Assembly: GCA_965207375.1 (NCBI GenBank) | Contig: OZ242274.1 | Location: 1,728,001 to 1,792,000, forward strand | Length of the DNA stretch: 64,000 bases | Reading direction: 5' to 3' | DNA from: Nitrosopumilaceae archaeon | Lineage (GTDB): Archaea; Thermoproteota; Nitrososphaeria; Nitrososphaerales; Nitrosopumilaceae | In this document: in pieces, positions 20,883 through 31,545 of the stretch | How positions within the stretch are numbered: position 1 is the first letter of the stretch | How the letters are laid out: each line of letters begins with the position of its first letter | Made by a program: the position numbers and the translations under genes | Notes under the pieces: generated by a model | Seen by the model: only the letters and a program-made list of their open reading frames with translations | What the model was told of the DNA's origin: nothing | Databases searched by the model: none

Positions 20883-21588
20883 CTAGTCAAGGTATCAAAC
20901 GTATGCAAATTTAGATTTGTAGTAAGCTTGCAAAATTCGTAACTGTTTCGCTTTTTGAAGCTCTCTCAGATAGTCATGCGCAACATCCCCTATCATTGCA
21001 ATTGGGTCTTCCTCAGGATATGATATACAGAAAGGATAATGCTATCCGGGGCTGTAGGAATTTCTTAGAAGGTCATAAAAAACAGTATCTTGAATTAGTT
21101 TGTGTTATAACCCTGCCTAGAATTTTTCAAAATTTGCAATTTTCAGGCCAGATTCGGTCTGGGAGAAATCAATTTGATGATACAATAGACAAAGTTTGAC
21201 CTTTCAGATCCAAATAGTAGGATTGCCTACTCATCTCAGATTGCACATAAGAGATGAGCAAACAATCCTGATACAATACAAACCAAGGAGGTATAAAATC
21301 TTCGGCAACGCCTGGTACATGATTTACAGGAGGTCACAATATTGACAGAGCAAAAAGTTTCGAGTAAACCAAAGCAAAAATCACGTCTAAAGATGACCAA
21401 TGCACAAAACGATGCAAGATATCTAGCAGTTGGACGCATGATATATCCCAAAAAAAATCCAGATCATGACGATGAACTCAAAAGAGCCAACAAAAAGAAA
21501 AACGGTCACCCTTACAGATACGCAGAATCTACAATACTAGCTCTTGCAACAATGAGGGCATTTTGTGGATTATCCTATCGCATACTAG

Positions 21589-23084
21589 GTACTTGTTCAC
21601 GTGGTGTCTACAATTTCACCATTTGTTCAAATTTTGATCACCATCAGATCTAAATCATTCTGACTCACAAGTTGTATAATGAGTACCATCAACTGGAAAA
21701 GTGCATACAAAAAGGAACACCGAAAAGTCCTTCTTCTTGAATCTCTAGTATCAAGTTTACAAAAAATCATATTACAAAAAGATGACCTCCTACTACAAAA
21801 AGATAAAAAAATTCAAGAGCTTACCAAACGTGACAACTATCATGACAATTCCAATACTCCTCCATCTAAGGATTCCATTACACGCAAGCAGGACCGCAAA
21901 ATACGTGCAGAGAACAAAAAATCTACTGGAAAAAAAACAGGGAGGACAACCTGGTCGCACAGGTGTAGCCCGCAAGGTCAAAGTAGATGAAGAAAAAGAG
22001 CACAAATTAGACACGTGTACCAAGTGTGGTTCTCAAGACATACACCATACAGACACCAAAATCAGGATAATAACTGATATTGTGAAAACTCCTCCTCCAC
22101 ATACTTGCAAGCACAAGATTCATGGGTATCATTGCAACTGCTGTGGAGCTACTGACATTACACCCGAGGTTGACATTCCAAAAAAGGGTCAGTTTGGAAA
22201 TGAAGTGATAAAGGAGATAATGGATAATCACATACATCGCATGCCGGTACGTATGAACAAGGAGGCCATGAAAAGACGTGGAATCGAAATATCTGAAGGA
22301 GGTATTCAAAACATCATAGATACAGTCTCTGATGCGTTATTTGTGCCTGCAAATGAGATAAAAGAAAAGATACAGGAAGCCGAGATTCTGATAGCAGATG
22401 AGACATCAGAGCGACTGCATGGAAAGACGATATGGTTGTGGACGTTTCATAATCCAATTACAAGTGAGAATTTCTATATAATTAATCCCAGCAGGGGAGC
22501 AAACGTACTCAAGGAAATAATAGGTGACTCACAAGATATAATCATAACCTGTGACGGATGGCCTCCATACCGCAGATATATCATCCAGAGATGTAACGCG
22601 CACCTAATACGTGAAATCAAAACAATATCACAAAAGAATCCAGATTCTAAAATTGCAAAAAATACACTGCAATGCCTACAAAAGATATACCATGACGGCA
22701 AACATGTCCTAGACAAACCACCTGATTACCGAAAATCATATGCTGGACAATTGGAAAAAAGAACACGTAACCTTGTCAAAAGGTATGCCAATGATGAAAT
22801 TGTGGGTAAATTTGTAGCAAAACTGTCACGGGCCATACCTGACATGTTCCGGTTTGTCATAGACCCTCGTATACCATCTACAAGCAATCTTGCAGAGCAG
22901 AGCCTGCGTGAGTATGTTGTGTGCAGGAGAATATGTAGATGTCTCAGATCTGAAAAAAGTATGGAGCGTAGAGGCAATCTGTATACGTGTGTTACTACCT
23001 GGAAGAATCTGGGACAGGATTATCTAGCAGAGCTGGTTCGGTACATTTAGGGCCAAAAATGCTCAAAAATAGGTGAACAAGTAC
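21589..23084 (+). mobile_element. IS66-family element, 12-bp TIR GTACTTGTTCAC, 8-bp TSD CATACTAG
   Basis: TIRs at both ends; CATACTAG at 21581-21588 and 23085-23092. Confidence 0.92.
21679..23050 (+). CDS. IS66 transposase, two ORFs joined by a +1 shift at an A8 run (21930-21937)
   Basis: NSNTPPSKD in frame 1, then GGQPG, CTKCG, CNCCG, ADET, CDGW, QRCNAHL and SNLAEQSLR in frame 2. Confidence 0.85.
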
Positions 23085-24039
23085 CATACTAGAAGGCTTT
23101 GCAACAGAGGCACTAGGTCAAGAGTATGTTCCAAGCTTTAGTCAGATCCAAAAAAGAATGAAAACCGTCAAGGTGTCAATCAAAGATGACCTCATTACGG
23201 CACAAGGCAAAAAGAGTGCACTTCATCTTGCACCTGATGGTACTGGTCTTAGTCCTAGTAAGAGAAGTGAATACATCAGGTACAGGCACAAAGTACAGCA
23301 CGGATTCATCAGGTTTGTCATTGTTGTAGATACTGACACGCGTGAGATACTCTCCTTTAGCGTAACAGATGAAAGGATAGGTGAGGTCCCACAGTTTGAG
23401 GAACTTACGTGTACTGCACTAGAAAACTGCGGTATAGATGTTGCAGACAGAATTAACCAAGCAGATAAATCAAATGAGGATCAATCAGCATGTCAAAAAG
23501 CAGATGACCCAGAACATCCAATTGCAGATTCACAGAAAGATGAAGACGACATGCAAGAATATCAATCTCTGAATAATGAATTATTGGATGAATTAAAAAT
23601 AGTCGTGCGGGCAGACGGTGGATTTGACTCGCGTAAAATATTTGCATTATGTAAAAAGATACACATTAAACCATGCATCAGAATAAAACACAATGCAAAT
23701 ACGCGTTCAGATGGTGTCAGTAGGGATCGTACTCTTGCAGCCATTGATCAACTAGGTGGTGGTGTATCAGATCCTAAAAAATTTGCACAGCTGACAAAAG
23801 AAGAACGCGAGGCAAACAGGAAGGTCTGGAAAAAAAGGGTGCAATATGGCAAAAGATGGATAGTTGAGATAGTAATATCATCAATTAAGCGATTGTTTGG
23901 TGATTCGGTATCTGCTGTAACGTGGGAAAACATCATACAAGAGATTAATCTCAAGGTACACATCTACAACAAGATGTTACAGGTACAAAGGAGGGCAATA
24001 GCATAAACATACGACTTGAACATTGGTGTACTATGTACC

Positions 24040-24202
24040 TCACTTGGAAATATGGAGGGGTTATAACACTAACTAGGATCAACGATATTGTGTGCGGTTT
24101 GATAAACCGCAGCATATGGTGGCTGTTAGATCAGATGTCCTGACTGAGGCAGTGCATCTGGATGGTAGCAGACACGCATGAAAAATAATTACGGATCACC
24201 TC
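24040..24202 (+). mobile_element. 3' end fragment of the ISL2-type IS5 element
   Basis: Resembles the reverse complement of about 37281-37430 and ends in TIR TAATTACGGATCACCTCT. Confidence 0.8.
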
Positions 24203-24284
24203 TCAGTGCCTCCACAGGAAAAATCAACGCCCTTGCTCATCATGGTGGTGATGTGGAAAGAGGAGGCGAATAATTGCTCAGGTT

Positions 24285-24764
24285 CTAGGGCTTCAGACGG
24301 CAGTCCACGTTTATGCTTACCGTCAGGCCGCCTTCGCGCGTGGAATTCGCGTCCGCGTGCATCGCATTCATGACGCACTTGTCAAAGCCACCTAGTGCGA
24401 GATCGAACGCGCCTGGCTCCGTCACGAACGTGTGCTTTTCACCCGATCGGGACGCGTCTGTCACGCCGTAGTGTTCCGCGTTGCAGTCCAGATGCATCAT
24501 GATTGTGCCATTGCCGCGATTGTCCAAGTTTACGGTGCATGAGTCGTACGACGCGTCGTATCGCGTCTCGACAAGTCCGTCATTCCAGATGTGGGATTTC
24601 CAATTATTCGTAAAGACATGGTATCCGTATTGGGTGTTCTCTATATTTGACCCCATGAATGCAAAGACATGCCAGAAACCACAATACACTACAAGTATGG
24701 CAAGCGCGGTTACCAGAACTATGGTGGTGTACTTGAAAAATTTAGATATCATAAGAACCATCAC
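24285..24764 (-). CDS. Membrane-anchored/secreted hypothetical protein
   Basis: N-terminal TM helix; several Cys; visibly GC-richer than flanks. Confidence 0.6.
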   Translation of the reverse strand: MMVLMISKFFKYTTIVLVTALAILVVYCGFWHVFAFMGSNIENTQYGYHVFTNNWKSHIWNDGLVETRYDASYDSCTVNLDNRGNGTIMMHLDCNAEHYGVTDASRSGEKHTFVTEPGAFDLALGGFDKCVMNAMHADANSTREGGLTVSINVDCRLKP

Positions 24765-24797
24765 TTCTGGGAATAAAAAAGGTGTAGATCATAGAGA

Positions 24798-25466
24798 TCA
24801 GCTTGCACTGCTGTATTGCCACCAGCCGGACAGTATGTACGGGGACGTACCTATATCAAAGTTGTCCGAGCCAGATACTGTCTCTCTTTGTTGCCCTTCG
24901 TAGTTAATCGATACGGAGTGGATGTCGTACGGGAACAAGCAGTAGTAGTTGAATGCGGACTCTCCCTCCCATTCAACAAACACCTTACCGATGTAGTCGC
25001 TAGTGTCGGATTCCACTATCCATTCGTCAGTCCATAACCCGCACCACTGCGTCTCCCTGTCGTACAGGTCAGTTGCCGTGGTGCCTTGATCCGATGCGTA
25101 TTTGCTGATGAAGTTTGGTGGATCCTGTAGGTGACTCATGGTACCTGCTTCATTAAGAGTGGATGCGAACCTGTTGTTTATGCCCTTGCCGTCAGACACC
25201 AGCGTGTAGGTGCCGTCACCGTTGAGGTAGAAATTTAACTCCGCCATAGATGACTCGCCGTCTACAGTACTGGTGATTGTAGAGTGATACCAGCCAGAAG
25301 TCGACTGGATAGTGTTGAACGCATACGTGCCTCCGTTACCTTTGACCGTGTATGTGCCCTTGTCGGCTAGGTTGTTGAGGTTATACACGATATGGTCGTC
25401 GTATATTACCTTTGGGTTGTCGTCAGTAGCGGATACCACGCTTATGATTGCATTTCTTAATGTCAT
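24798..25466 (-). CDS. Hypothetical extracellular-type protein, possibly 5' truncated
   Basis: 222-aa Thr/Ser/Gly/Tyr-rich ORF; frame open about 25 codons upstream toward the MITE/IS110 boundary. Confidence 0.6.
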   Translation of the reverse strand: MTLRNAIISVVSATDDNPKVIYDDHIVYNLNNLADKGTYTVKGNGGTYAFNTIQSTSGWYHSTITSTVDGESSMAELNFYLNGDGTYTLVSDGKGINNRFASTLNEAGTMSHLQDPPNFISKYASDQGTTATDLYDRETQWCGLWTDEWIVESDTSDYIGKVFVEWEGESAFNYYCLFPYDIHSVSINYEGQQRETVSGSDNFDIGTSPYILSGWWQYSSAS

Positions 25467-25599
25467 TATTGAATGGATCGTTGTGGGATTAATAAAGTAT
25501 GGGGGTTTTTGGGTAGGTACATACTCAGGTCGCCTCTGATTCTATGATATAGTTTTTGAACATACATGATCACTTGTAAATTCTCCGGGGCCGTATGGA

Positions 25600-25740
25600 T
25601 AGTATGGACCGATCCCTTGATTTTCATGACACGCAGAGCCACGTGTTCCGACGAAGTCTTCTACATGAATGGGGCAATCCGAGCTGCGGTGAAAGTGACA
25701 CAGAAATGATGTCTGATAGATGAATGCAGCTTACGGTCTG
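25600..25740 (+). ncRNA. Putative bridge RNA (target loop about 25611-25679, donor loop 25682-25731)
   Basis: Loop segments ATTTTCA and TACATGA match the insertion site; AAGTGA and ATAGAT match the circle junction. Closing stems AGCTGC/GCAGCT and CAGA/TCTG. Confidence 0.7.
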
Positions 25741-25769
25741 AACAATAAAACAGGAGGTGAAAAAAGAAA

Positions 25770-26823
25770 ACGAGAAAACCAAAGTATATTGGAATAGACA
25801 TTGGCAAGAAGAAATGCTTTGTATGCATAAAGGATTATAGCGGTAAGATACTACGTGAAACATCATATTACAATACGGTATCAGGTGCAACAGAGTTTGT
25901 AAAATCTCTAAAGACAAAACATGTTGCAGTATGTGAATCCACAGGAAACATGTGGACAAAAACATTTGATGTGTTTGAAAAGTACGGCATCAAGATAATT
26001 CTGGCAAACCCGGTTCAAACCAAGGCAATTGCATCTGCACGATACCAAGACAGACAAAATGGATGCTCGAACCCTTGCAGACCTGCCGCGTGCAGATCTG
26101 GTAGCTCAGTGTCACGTACCCGACATGACGATACGTCAACAAAAGGAGGTACTGCGTCGCAGAATAGCACTGGTTCGAGAGCGAGTCGAGGTTTCAAATC
26201 GACTAACATCGTTGCTTGACAGGTATGATTTAGTGTTACCAGCAATAAAACTTTGCGCAAAAAAGAATCTAAAGAAACTAGAGTCTCAGACACTAGAGTC
26301 AGATTACGACCAAAAAATGATGGAACAATCCGTGCGACACATAAGATACCTGACAGATGAAATATCAGATATAGAAAATACCGTCGGAGACATTGCACGA
26401 CACAATCAATACGCAAGACTGATCATGAGTCTGACAGGCTTTGATGCGTTTGGTGCATTACTTGTAGCACTTGAGATAGATGACATTTCACGATTCCGTC
26501 ATCCATCAAAGATTGTATCATGGATGGGACTGTGTCCTACGGTATACCAGTCAGGCAACACAACACGACATGGTAAGATGCGCAGGGATGTAAACTCAAA
26601 TGTAAAGTGAATAATGACTCAGGCAGCAAAGACTGCATCACTTCATGATTCCAGGATGGAACAGATCTATGAAAACAGTCGCAAGTCACATCCGTACGGA
26701 ATAGTAGTATCCAAGGTTGCAAACAAACTTGGCAAGATAATCTGGTTCATGTTACGAGATGATCTGCCGTACAAGCAACGCAAGAATAAACTGTATACGA
26801 CAAAGCTTCTCAAGCTACATTAG
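25770..26823 (+). pseudogene. IS110 recombinase pseudogene (ACG at start position, frameshift near 26043, stop at 26608)
   Basis: YIGID, CESTG, KTDKMDA, GLCPTVYQSG and VANKL motifs across three ORF pieces. Confidence 0.88.
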
Positions 26824-27141
26824 GATGGTATCTGCAGGTGGTGACTCACCTCCTGCCCCGCCACCCACCCAATGATTGCATTAGGATTAGGATGAAACAC
26901 ACTAGCGGATACTAAGCTTGTACAAGGTGATACCATCAGAGTAGTCAGGCACGAACTCTTCCCTAATCTTTATCAATGCACAAATCAAGTCAAGATAGAC
27001 CGAAAGTATTAGGATAGTCCATCCTGCGGCCCCGGAAATTTATATAGATAAAAATTTCATATCTGAAAAATTTACGACCGAAGTTTGTACCATAGAACCT
27101 ACAAAAGAAATAATTTTATGTTAGTATGATAAATTAAAATC

Positions 27142-27273
27142 ATGGAAGAAAGCATGAATAAATCACACACATTCATCTCAAAAGAGAGTTATACTGAGGA
27201 GGAGATAAGCAAACTCATTGACAATCTGTTAAATAGACACTTCAAAGTATATGATCGTCTTGCGGAAATCTAA
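27142..27273 (+). CDS. Small putative antitoxin (43 aa)
   Basis: MEESMNKSHTFISKESYTEEEISKLIDNLLNRHFKVYDRLAEI; stop abuts the ATG of a Doc-like fragment. Confidence 0.5.
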   Translation: MEESMNKSHTFISKESYTEEEISKLIDNLLNRHFKVYDRLAEI

Positions 27274-27370
27274 ATGTTTTATCCAGATCTTCTACATGTT
27301 AAACAAATCATAGCGAAGATAAATAGACGCTATTGTATGGATATTGTGATAGTCAACAAAGGTCAATACC
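27274..27370 (+). pseudogene. Truncated Fic/Doc-like toxin N-terminus
   Basis: MFYPDLLHVKQIIAKINRRY...VNKGQ, then interrupted by IS110-end/MITE sequence. Confidence 0.4.
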
Positions 27371-27379
27371 CAGACAGGG

Positions 27380-27454
27380 GTCGATCCATCACTAGTACAG
27401 CGCCGGGGTGGTTATCATGTGTTCACAAATTAACTCCATTATGTGAACAAGTAC
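27380..27454 (-). mobile_element. IS110 left-end fragment joined to half of an IS66-type MITE
   Basis: 27380-27425 is an inverted copy of 12058-12104; 27426-27454 is a MITE arm ending GTGAACAAGTAC. Confidence 0.65.
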
Positions 27455-27490
27455 GATTCAACTATATACTGTAAAATTAGAAATTTTAGC

Positions 27491-27955
27491 ATGATTCGGG
27501 TGGGCATGATCCTAATAATTGGCGCAATAATAGCATCAATGGCAGTAGCGATGATGTTTTTCTTAGAATATCAACCAAATATTTTGGAGACAGGACTAGG
27601 AGAGCAAATTACAGTAGGACCTACAACATACACCTTGTCATATGAAGGAATAGAAAAAGGTAGTAAAGAAATAGAATCAGATAAAACATTTATCAAAATT
27701 GGAATTCTAGCAAAAGACTCAGATGGAGACACAGTAACTGCAGAAAAAAAGCAATTCATATTACTAGATAAAAACAATGTGCAAACCGAGCCAACACACG
27801 GAATATTTGTGGAAGGATCCCCACAGATTATAGCATATTTCCCATTAGAGGACAAAGCCCTAGACGAGGAATTTCAGTACAAGATAATGATTAGGCCCAC
27901 CAAAGAACAGGGCTCAACAGACTTGGCCTTTGTATGTATTACAAATTGCCAATAA
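27491..27955 (+). CDS. Membrane-anchored protein (DUF4352-like)
   Basis: N-terminal TM helix, GEQITVGPTTYTL, C-terminal CITNC; start moved to ATG 27491. Confidence 0.7.
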   Translation: MIRVGMILIIGAIIASMAVAMMFFLEYQPNILETGLGEQITVGPTTYTLSYEGIEKGSKEIESDKTFIKIGILAKDSDGDTVTAEKKQFILLDKNNVQTEPTHGIFVEGSPQIIAYFPLEDKALDEEFQYKIMIRPTKEQGSTDLAFVCITNCQ

Positions 27956-27973
27956 ACGAGATAAAACTAGAGT

Positions 27974-30214
27974 CTAATCTCGTATCCACATCATGTTATT
28001 TTCTATTAGAAATGCGGTACGAGAGTCTCCATCAGTATCATATATCGTCACAGGCTCTGCCAGATCATTAAACTCTTCATAGGCATACAAACCTGTAAAT
28101 GCACTATCACGCACTTGTTCCATTCTTTCAGTGTGCCACTCGTATTTTTTGGCAAATGCAGGACATATGCGGTCATCAACATTATTGCAAACAGGAGTAG
28201 CAGTTATCTCTGGGCCATCCACATAGTACCAAGTACCTGCAGCATTTTTGGTCCATGTGTGGCCAAACTGATCCTGCCAAATGTCAGCAAGTTTGTCAAT
28301 TCGAACAAGATGTATATGCACTGCATTATGTTGACTAGATGTTTTTAACACTCCTGCACTATCAGAGGGTGCAGTATTCATGCTAGGTCCATTAACCTGT
28401 AGGCCATCATTCATGTAATGAACTGCATTGTATCTGCTTGTATCAACTGCCTCTATCAAAAATGGCTCGTGATACATTTGTTCCCGAAATAGCAGCTCAG
28501 AGATTGTCAATACAACACACTGATTGGGGCTATTTAACATGCATTCTTCCATATCTACACTAAATGTTGCATCTGTACCAAGTATGTTGTTGGGGTCAAC
28601 ATACACTATATCATCTATCACATACGTAGAATCACTATAATTCATTGAAACATGTACAGTTATCATAGCTTCAGCACTACTAGAGGGTGAACCTACACCC
28701 TCAACACCAAACCCTATCTGAAAGTAATCGATTCCACGTTGTGAGTATGCCTTTAATGTAATATCGTGTGTTGTTCCAGTCATAATAGTATCACGCTTAT
28801 AATCAACATGATAATCAAGTACATCCCTACAAGTCCCATCCATCGAGTATCCGCATGAGACCTGTTGTAGTCCGGTCAGATATGAAACACCAAAGGTAGG
28901 CCTGCTCAAATGTTCCTTGTCAGAACCGTTACCCGTATCAGAGGTCATCAGAGGCACAAATCCCTTACCTGGCACATATGTTCCAAGATGCTGCCACAAA
29001 GAGTCCTCCATTCCCCACACAGAATAGCTTGACCCTTCAAGATCTCCAAACTCATTAAGGGCGATATCTCCTAGAGACCCCACATAGTCTGCGGCTGTAG
29101 GTCGTATCTGCGCCTTTACATCAGCAAATGTAGCACCGGACCCACCTGCATTCTCTATTGCAAGTCCAAGAACCCATATGGAATCATAGGAGGAATATGC
29201 ATACACACTTACCGGCTCTACCGGAAATTGTGCGTCAAGTCTTGACTTTAATCCATGGTATCTATCAGAGGTCGTATCTGCTGCAAATATACATGAACGA
29301 AAATTTGAATCGGTGAGAAACTCTAACAAATCAGGATCAGATACGTTATTTATGACAGAAACATTTGCATCAGATCCTACAAGCTGTATGTTGACGCTTC
29401 TGAGAACAGGATCTTGAGACGCCCTTTGTACAAAGTCTACAGTTTCACCAAATCCAATAAACAATATCACCAGATCATCAGCTGAGGTGCCAGATTGTAT
29501 TAGATCACTTACATGATCTGATAGTATCTTTACCTTATCATCAAATATTGGACCATAGCATCCAGGTAAGGAGCATTTTTCATATCCTCCTACAGTTGAG
29601 ACATCTGTTGTTCCTCCCAATTCCTCAAATGCTGCTATTGTGGTTTCTTGCAAACCCCTACCAAAGCTATCATTAAGATATATTGCTATCATGTGTTTCT
29701 TGCCTGCATCATACATCAGGTTTGCAATTACCGGACCATGATATGTGTCGTCAGGTGCCAGTCTAAACGCATTGTCATTAGATATTGCAAGTGATGGTGC
29801 AGTCGAACAGCAACTTATTGTCAACATGTCATTTGTATTAAGAAATGGAAGTATCGTACTAACACCTGCGCTTCTAGAAGGTCCAGAAAGATACTGTACA
29901 CCTTCATCGTAAAGTTCCTGTACTGCTGCAAGTGTTCCACTATTGCTTGCACTAGTATCTTTGGCAACAAGGTTCAGTCGCCACTGTGCACCTTTATCTT
30001 CTAAATACGCATTAAAGTCAGATATGGCAAGCTCGGTAGCAAAGGTTCTATGCTCACCTGCATTGTCTGCTCTTCCGGTTTGTGGAAGTAAAGCTCCAAT
30101 ATCAACAGATGTAGGATCGCTTTGTGCATAAACTGTCTGAAAAGACCCAAGGCCTAACAGAACAGATGAAAATAAGATCAAAAATACAACGTAACTAGAA
30201 TTATTTTTCAACAC
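27974..30214 (-). CDS. Secreted type-1 PBP (LivJ-like) protein with uncharacterised C-terminal domain
   Basis: IGALLPQTG, GPSRSA, ISCCSTAP, FRLAPDD, AYSSYDSIW; paralogous to domain 1 of 775-4404. Confidence 0.85.
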   Translation of the reverse strand: MLKNNSSYVVFLILFSSVLLGLGSFQTVYAQSDPTSVDIGALLPQTGRADNAGEHRTFATELAISDFNAYLEDKGAQWRLNLVAKDTSASNSGTLAAVQELYDEGVQYLSGPSRSAGVSTILPFLNTNDMLTISCCSTAPSLAISNDNAFRLAPDDTYHGPVIANLMYDAGKKHMIAIYLNDSFGRGLQETTIAAFEELGGTTDVSTVGGYEKCSLPGCYGPIFDDKVKILSDHVSDLIQSGTSADDLVILFIGFGETVDFVQRASQDPVLRSVNIQLVGSDANVSVINNVSDPDLLEFLTDSNFRSCIFAADTTSDRYHGLKSRLDAQFPVEPVSVYAYSSYDSIWVLGLAIENAGGSGATFADVKAQIRPTAADYVGSLGDIALNEFGDLEGSSYSVWGMEDSLWQHLGTYVPGKGFVPLMTSDTGNGSDKEHLSRPTFGVSYLTGLQQVSCGYSMDGTCRDVLDYHVDYKRDTIMTGTTHDITLKAYSQRGIDYFQIGFGVEGVGSPSSSAEAMITVHVSMNYSDSTYVIDDIVYVDPNNILGTDATFSVDMEECMLNSPNQCVVLTISELLFREQMYHEPFLIEAVDTSRYNAVHYMNDGLQVNGPSMNTAPSDSAGVLKTSSQHNAVHIHLVRIDKLADIWQDQFGHTWTKNAAGTWYYVDGPEITATPVCNNVDDRICPAFAKKYEWHTERMEQVRDSAFTGLYAYEEFNDLAEPVTIYDTDGDSRTAFLIENNMMWIRD

Positions 30215-30268
30215 TAGAAAACATAATGAACTGATAAATAAATCTCATGTTTTTTGCAAATGCAATAA

Positions 30269-30296
30269 AATATTTCTAAATTCGAATTTTGAAACA
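30269..30296. promoter_or_regulatory. Third copy of the TTTCTAAATTCGAATTT palindrome
   Basis: About 55 bp upstream of the 30214 start. Confidence 0.55.
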
Positions 30297-30586
30297 TACA
30301 AAATAATTCATTTGCAACAAATAAAAAACACTGTAGACATATCACAAGTTTTAGAGAATAGCGATATTTTGAAAATGACAAAACGCCTTGTCCTGAACTA
30401 AGAGGTGGCCCCGAACTTTTGTTAATTTGGTTTACACTGTGCAATAAATTTTTGAATTTAATTGTAAGATTTCTAACCAAATTTGAAACAAAACAACTGC
30501 AAGTTTAATAAAGTCATGAAAATTAATCTGTTTGATTTTGTTTCGTGTTTTTTTGACAAATAAAATAACTGATTATCTATGGTGTG

Positions 30587-30991
30587 TTAACTAGTTGGTT
30601 TTAGCTCGGGCAAAACAAAGATTTTATCTGGTCTAATTTTTAGAATAATTCTTTTTTCTCCTACTTGTCTGAAAGGATAAGTGTCGCAGTTGAGATATTT
30701 CTTTGTTAGTAGGTCTGCGTGTTTGTATGTATAGTCTGGAATAATCTTAACTACTATTCCACGAATGGTAGTCATGTCTAATGGACAGTCATTATCCACG
30801 GCACAAACTGCAACTCTAGGATCACGCATGACGTTTTTGTGTTTGACTCTGCCCTCAGCGGTGTTTACTAGGATGTGACCGTCTTCATAGTTTGCCCATA
30901 CAGGAGATAGTTGCGGGGCACCGTCTTTCATCAACGTTGCAATGTAGACTAGGTTTTTTCCCTCAAAGAGATTAATTGCCTTTTGCTCCAT
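30587..30991 (-). CDS. PPOX-class F420-dependent oxidoreductase
   Basis: IATLMKDGAPQLSPVW, GRVKHKNVMRDPRVAV. Confidence 0.9.
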   Translation of the reverse strand: MEQKAINLFEGKNLVYIATLMKDGAPQLSPVWANYEDGHILVNTAEGRVKHKNVMRDPRVAVCAVDNDCPLDMTTIRGIVVKIIPDYTYKHADLLTKKYLNCDTYPFRQVGEKRIILKIRPDKIFVLPELKPTS

Positions 30992-31041
30992 ATCCTTTTC
31001 TCCAAATTATTCAAGTAGGTTTGAGCAATCTTTTGTGGACA

Positions 31042-31545
31042 TCATTCTTTGACCTGTTTGGGTTTTGGGTTTTCTAATATGTTGGTAACTGCCCTGTTCA
31101 TAATTTCCAACATCAGATATTGGGAATATCCATCATCGGATTTTTTGCTTTTTGGGGCAAGAGATTTTAGAATTTTTTCCATTTTTGTTGTAGTGCTTTG
31201 AATTTGTTTAGAGTATTTGAAATCAAAGTCTTTTGGAACATTATAGTCTAGTAATTTTATTGAGGTTCCGTAAAATTTTGTGACAGCTCCTCGCGTTTCT
31301 TCAATCTTTACAATCTCAATTAATCCAGTTACTTTTAAAATATCTAGATGATGCCGAATTGTGGTCAGTGCTTTTTTGTATCCGGTTTTTTTGAGTTCTT
31401 TAGATATCTGCTCTGCATTTAGTTGCCGGTGGTACAATAGCTCCAACATTTTTGCACGTGCCGGGTCTTCAATGGCACGGGCATGATCCACGCTAGTCGT
31501 GATTATTCTGTTTACCTTGATTGGTTTTTGTAACAGTGTTGACAT
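31042..31545 (-). CDS. ArsR-type winged-helix transcription regulator
   Basis: AIEDPARAKMLELL, TTIRHHLDILKVTGLIEI. Confidence 0.88.
   Translation of the reverse strand: MSTLLQKPIKVNRIITTSVDHARAIEDPARAKMLELLYHRQLNAEQISKELKKTGYKKALTTIRHHLDILKVTGLIEIVKIEETRGAVTKFYGTSIKLLDYNVPKDFDFKYSKQIQSTTTKMEKILKSLAPKSKKSDDGYSQYLMLEIMNRAVTNILENPKPKQVKE

Larger units (their letters stand above)
21342..24006 (+). pseudogene. IS5-family (DDE) transposase interrupted by an IS66 insertion
   Basis: Removing 21589-23084 plus one TSD joins GLSYRIL to EGFATEALG...MKTVKV in frame. Motifs PDGTG, ADGGFD, YGKRWIVEIVISSIKR. Confidence 0.85.
25568..27049 (+). mobile_element. IS110-family element with sub-terminal inverted repeats and duplicated GA(T) core
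   Basis: TGTAAATTCTCCGGGGCCG (25575) versus CGGCCCCGGAAATTTATA (ends 27044); GAT at 25568-70 and 27047-49. Confidence 0.8.
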
